DNA of 63,595 nucleotides, filler included, from Cladosporium halotolerans (Eukaryota): the NCBI RefSeq assembly GCF_011745625.1. It is 14 parts of 14 records of this genome, joined end to end, with 100 filler letters (N's around TTAATTAATTAA, not from the genome) between each part and the next. Parts side by side here need not be neighbours in the genome. Positions count along the whole stretch, not along the records: positions 59,374 to 63,595 come from NW_027191698.1; 13 more parts are not named here. One strand, 5' to 3'. Both the position numbers and the translations under genes were made by a program. The notes below the pieces were generated by a model that searched no databases, was not told the origin of the DNA, and saw only the letters and a program-made list of their open reading frames with translations. Below are positions 59,726 through 63,595 of the stretch, piece by piece; the first letter of the stretch is position 1, and each line of letters begins with the position of its first letter.

Positions 59726-60315
59726 TTGCCGAGGCTGTGATTGGATTGCGGGTCTTTACTCCCTCGCTTGTCATCCTTGCGCATTTGCATACAAGGCGCT
59801 GGAGCTCGTCGATGTCTTCTTCGCACCAAGAGACAATGCTGTAACGTTATGCAAGTTACGCGCCTCCGTCAATTCGGTAGAATCAACGACGTGAAAAACG
59901 CTCGTCGAGTATCGAAGATAGCTAGGTAACGCAACTACCCGTTTTCGATGGCGATTTGGGCTTCGCGGGTTGTGAAGGTCTCGGTTCGTGAACATATTTC
60001 GTTCGCGCCATTGGGCTAATCTTTATGGCGAAGCAGAAAGTGTGCGCAAAATGATTGCGGTCGATAATTATGCGCGTGTGGCATGTGCCGACGGCGCGTG
60101 AACCACGCGACGTGTGGAGAACTCGCAAGTTGCCCTGGAAACCTGGAACATTTGAGAGTCCTGTTGTTATATAGGGTAGCGTACATGCTGTAGTACACAT
60201 ACCCGCTGTCCGCCAGCACAGATCATCTCAAGCAGAACAAACAAGACCTATCTGGGCCGCTCACTTGTTTCCTCTGCCTCGATTTAGTATCTAATAAAAT
60301 ACCGTCCATCCGATA

Positions 60316-62291
60316 GTGCAGTATCAACCAATGTTAGAGCTTGATGCAAGATTCTCATCGCCCTCCTTACATACTGAGCAGATCTCGGCGACGTTAAATA
60401 CCACGACCATCGCACGCTTTCTCTCACACCTCCATTCTCACGATCCTGACCTGCGAACCTCATTTTACAATCGTTTTCGCGAGTCCAGAGAATGTTTTGG
60501 CCTGAGTCGGGAGCGGCAAGTGCTGAGCTTACTCGAAGGCGAGAATGAATGGAAACGTTTGGACAAACCGTGGTTCAAGAGGGATAGTCTGACGGGAGTC
60601 ATCTATCAAAGATCACATCCGACCCGTCTCTCCCCTGATGGGCGTGTCACAGTGTGCATTCCTCATAGGCTTGCTTTCGTCGTTGCCGTAAGACACGGTG
60701 GCTTCAACGATCTATGTCTACTGACGTGGCAAACGGCTGACGTAAACTGCAGGCTCGGGAACATATACAATCGCACGTGATCTACGACAAGGAGCAAAAG
60801 CATCACGCCGTCGACTCAAAGATCGCTTTGAGGTATACGAGAATCGATAAAGATCATCTGAAGTTCATCAGAGAACAACGCGACCATTGTAACCCCGGAG
60901 CCGAAGTCTCTACCATGACACATCTGGACAATTTGCCCGCCATTTATGGATACCTGATGGCGTCTTATGCTCTCAAAGTAGGAGCTTACTTGTACGCCGG
61001 TGTCATATCCAGACCAACGACCGACTGCCACAGCGGTTCCACCGATCTCGAGATCATAGCCTTCCCGCCTAGCCTGCAGACTCGTTGTGACTCCGTTATC
61101 TGGATTGGCTGTAAGGGTACTTCAGCGGAACCGATACCGACACAGATTCTTCGGCCCAGCCATGTTTCAGCAGCTAACAGCACTCTCGTACCTAGCTAAT
61201 TCTTGCACGGGGAAGCCGAACAGCTGCAGACGATTGTCGGATGATCTTTTTTGCATATGTATCGGGGGCATGTCGACGCTCACCAATCTATCATCATAGC
61301 CTCTTTCTCGGCGGACCACCGAGGTATCGAGCTCGAGGTGAGGACGGGTACATGGTTGCAGCAGCAGTTTCGACACGACTGCCCTCTGCTGGGTTCGAAC
61401 ACCCTGCTTCTGTTGGCATGGCATCGATATGATCCCAAGGATCGCACTGTGCAAGAAACATGCGCACATATGGCGAACAAGCGGCCAGGCGATGTGCGCA
61501 TGTTTTCTGCTGCAGAAGAACTCGAATATTCACAGCAAAAAGTCGGCGACATACGAGTGTTGGACCAGATTGCGACATGTGCTCCTGGTCGATGGTCTTT
61601 TCGACCCGTCACTTGCGACAGCACATCTGGCTGTCATCTTTATGCCAATAGTGTTCTAAAAAGAACGCATAGTTGCGGCAGTGAACACGTCATACTCCAT
61701 CCGACTGCAACCGATCTCTCCAAATATCCACCATGCCAGTCTCGTAAGCGCAGAATGAGTAAACGGCAAGCATATCAAAGCGCTGGCCGATGCTTCCATC
61801 AAGACTTCGTGCCCGTTTCGAGATCAGAAGGCGAATACCGAGTCTTCATAGTAACGAGAAGCGATGTCTCAGCGCTGCGCCAACTTAGAGGGGTTGTCAT
61901 GAAGATGGAACACATGCTCGAACTCCCTGACAAAGAACTAGTAGTGACAGTGTTACGCCTCGATTCGATCTTGCGGGACGGACCTCGCGTTTTCAACAAC
62001 AAAGATCTGGAGGAGCTCGAAGAGCTTGCTATGTATGTCTTCAACGCTTTACGTAACAGGTCAGACTGGTGGACAAAATACGAATCGTTGGAGTTTGGCG
62101 TTCGACTAGACATTGGCATGTCCTTTATCGGTGGTCATCGTCAGTACTTTGTCAACGAAATCACAAGAATCTACGAGGCCGATATCTTCGCCGAATAGTT
62201 GGCTCAGCCCGGAACGCACATCTGCAAAGCAGTGTCAAGAGCCATCGAGGACGTCTTTATGATGCCGTCGGACCGGCTTGAAATCTACTAA
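60316..62291 (+). pseudogene. Degraded gene with a C-terminal ATP-grasp-like domain
   Basis: 60777-61199 and 61251-62198 share a frame broken by stops. Motifs VLKRTHSCGSEHV, FHQDFVP, GEYRVFIV, VRLDIG, YFVNEITR. The frame continues past TAG 62196 to TAA 62289-62291. Confidence 0.55.
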
Positions 62292-62450
62292 TCTAGATAA
62301 CAGTCTTGTATGGCAAGCTGACTACTGTCTAAGCACAAACGGGCACTCTGATGATACTTTATTATGTCTGGAAAATACATATGACACAGTGAATACCAGG
62401 ATGGCGTGCCACCTTCCACGAACTGGATAGATTGGTTGAACGAAACTAGT

Positions 62451-62930
62451 CTACGACATGCTTGTTGTCTGGCTCTTGCATCGCGCGTTCCGACAGCCCT
62501 CGCAAAATGCGGTCAAAGAGGTCCATTTCATTCGCCTGAGAAGAAAGGCGCTTCGGCGTCGATCCCGGACCACTTTTTAAGCCGGTACACAACTCTCTCC
62601 GCGTAAGAGCCGTCCAGTCGCGGCCGGCTCAACTTTCCACACTCTTGACACCGCTGGTTATAGACCCTGACAGTGTATCGCAAATCGGGATGCAATCGTA
62701 TAGTCACTGGAATCATTTTGCTCGACCATCCATTGGAAAGACACCGAGTATTCCAGCAAGAGAATCGGCCCATAACATTGGCGTCGTATTCTCGGGTACG
62801 ACAGAAAAGGTCATCGATGTCGCAAAAGTCGAAAGAGAGGCCGCTGTCTTGCAATAAACGCAGCACATCTCTATGGGCGAGAAGGGTGAAGCGACCAGGG
62901 TTTTCGTGGCTTGTACTTCTTTGTCGACAT
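62451..62930 (-). pseudogene. zf-3CxxC zinc-binding domain protein with frameshifts and stops
   Basis: MSTKK..KPWSLHPS / H.DV..LL...NVMGRFSC.N..C...GWSSK.I...IR...Y..RVYNQRCQEC...SYAERV.YRLKKW.G / FCEGC...C. Confidence 0.85.
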
Positions 62931-63595
62931 CTTGGATAGTGATATGAAAGCACACGACGGCAGGCTCTGCTGCAAATGAGACTTGATATATGGCCGGTAC
63001 AGATAATCGGTATATATGATCAATGGGTGTCAATTGAAGCATAGTGTTCCAAGAGTGCCATCTCCGATCGATCACGGGCATGTTTTAGTGGCACAGGGAT
63101 GAGTCTCATGCACATCTGCACTCACTATGCGACTTTACCGAGAATACCTGCCATTGCGGTTGGTCCGATCTCGTATGCTTCCAATTACCACTATGAAACG
63201 CCCGTAATATTCTTCCCATCACACCTATCGATACACCATTCTAGTATCATTGCCCTACGAGCGCACTGTAGATATATTGAGACGAATAGGAGTTGATATC
63301 GCATGGCATGTTCGAGTCTCAACAACAGACTCATGCCGCAATTGTTGCGTCTCAGACTAATGATAAACGATCGGACGAGCGACGAGGTGGTCCAACACCA
63401 AATGCTCAAAAAGTATCAAATGAGGCGACCAAGATTCGGGCGGCTGCGAAATTGCAGCCTTCATGTATTCCTTTCTGCCGTTGCCGCCGTTGTTGGCCTT
63501 GGGTCCACTGGCGCTCCCGGTCTGGCTCACGCGACCCGAATTGGCATTGTTTGCAGCAGCAGACTGAGCACGTGAGGCGAAACCAGAGTTCCCCC

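Noticed and set aside
1..63595. Treating the window as one gene cluster or one Starship
   Set aside because: The contigs are size-sorted and unlinked, and no DUF3435 tyrosine recombinase or element boundary is visible.
1..63595. tRNA or rRNA genes
   Set aside because: None recognised by eye; tRNAscan-SE and Infernal would be needed to exclude them.

Overview
This window is not one locus. It is 14 unlinked fungal contigs of 4.2-4.6 kb, sorted by decreasing length and joined by identical 100-bp artificial spacers (N44-TTAATTAATTAA-N44). Contigs: 1-4631, 4732-9320, 9421-14005, 14106-18681, 18782-23323, 23424-27935, 28036-32484, 32585-37029, 37130-41561, 41662-46028, 46129-50483, 50584-54897, 54998-59273, 59374-63595. 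GT-AG introns and the gene families indicate a GC-rich filamentous ascomycete (Hypocreales-like is my inference). The content looks like repeat-rich accessory DNA. It includes two Tad1-like LINE families (one with open gag and pol, plus many relics), a broken extra TBP gene, glycan-modifying genes (two LicD, GT90/CAP10, GT31 pieces), a secreted tyrosinase with one nonsense codon, a DHA2 MFS transporter, a CSC1/OSCA channel, a bZIP factor, BTB and PAQR fragments, a patatin-type P-loop gene start, and degraded ATP-grasp-like and 3CxxC genes. Three things stand out. (1) ORF 6446-8689 has the nuclease/Cys-cluster/kinase architecture of Spok meiotic-drive proteins, but its N-terminus is replaced in frame by a GT31 glycosyltransferase fragment. 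(2) Contig 54998-59273 holds the complementary pieces (GT31 3' end, tyrosinase, Spok-like heptad N-terminus), which suggests the chimera arose by deletion. (3) A 1.08-kb non-coding foldback structure at 39363-40439 has nested inverted repeats around a 32-unit GTCGAC minisatellite. All family assignments come from reading motifs by eye, not from database searches.
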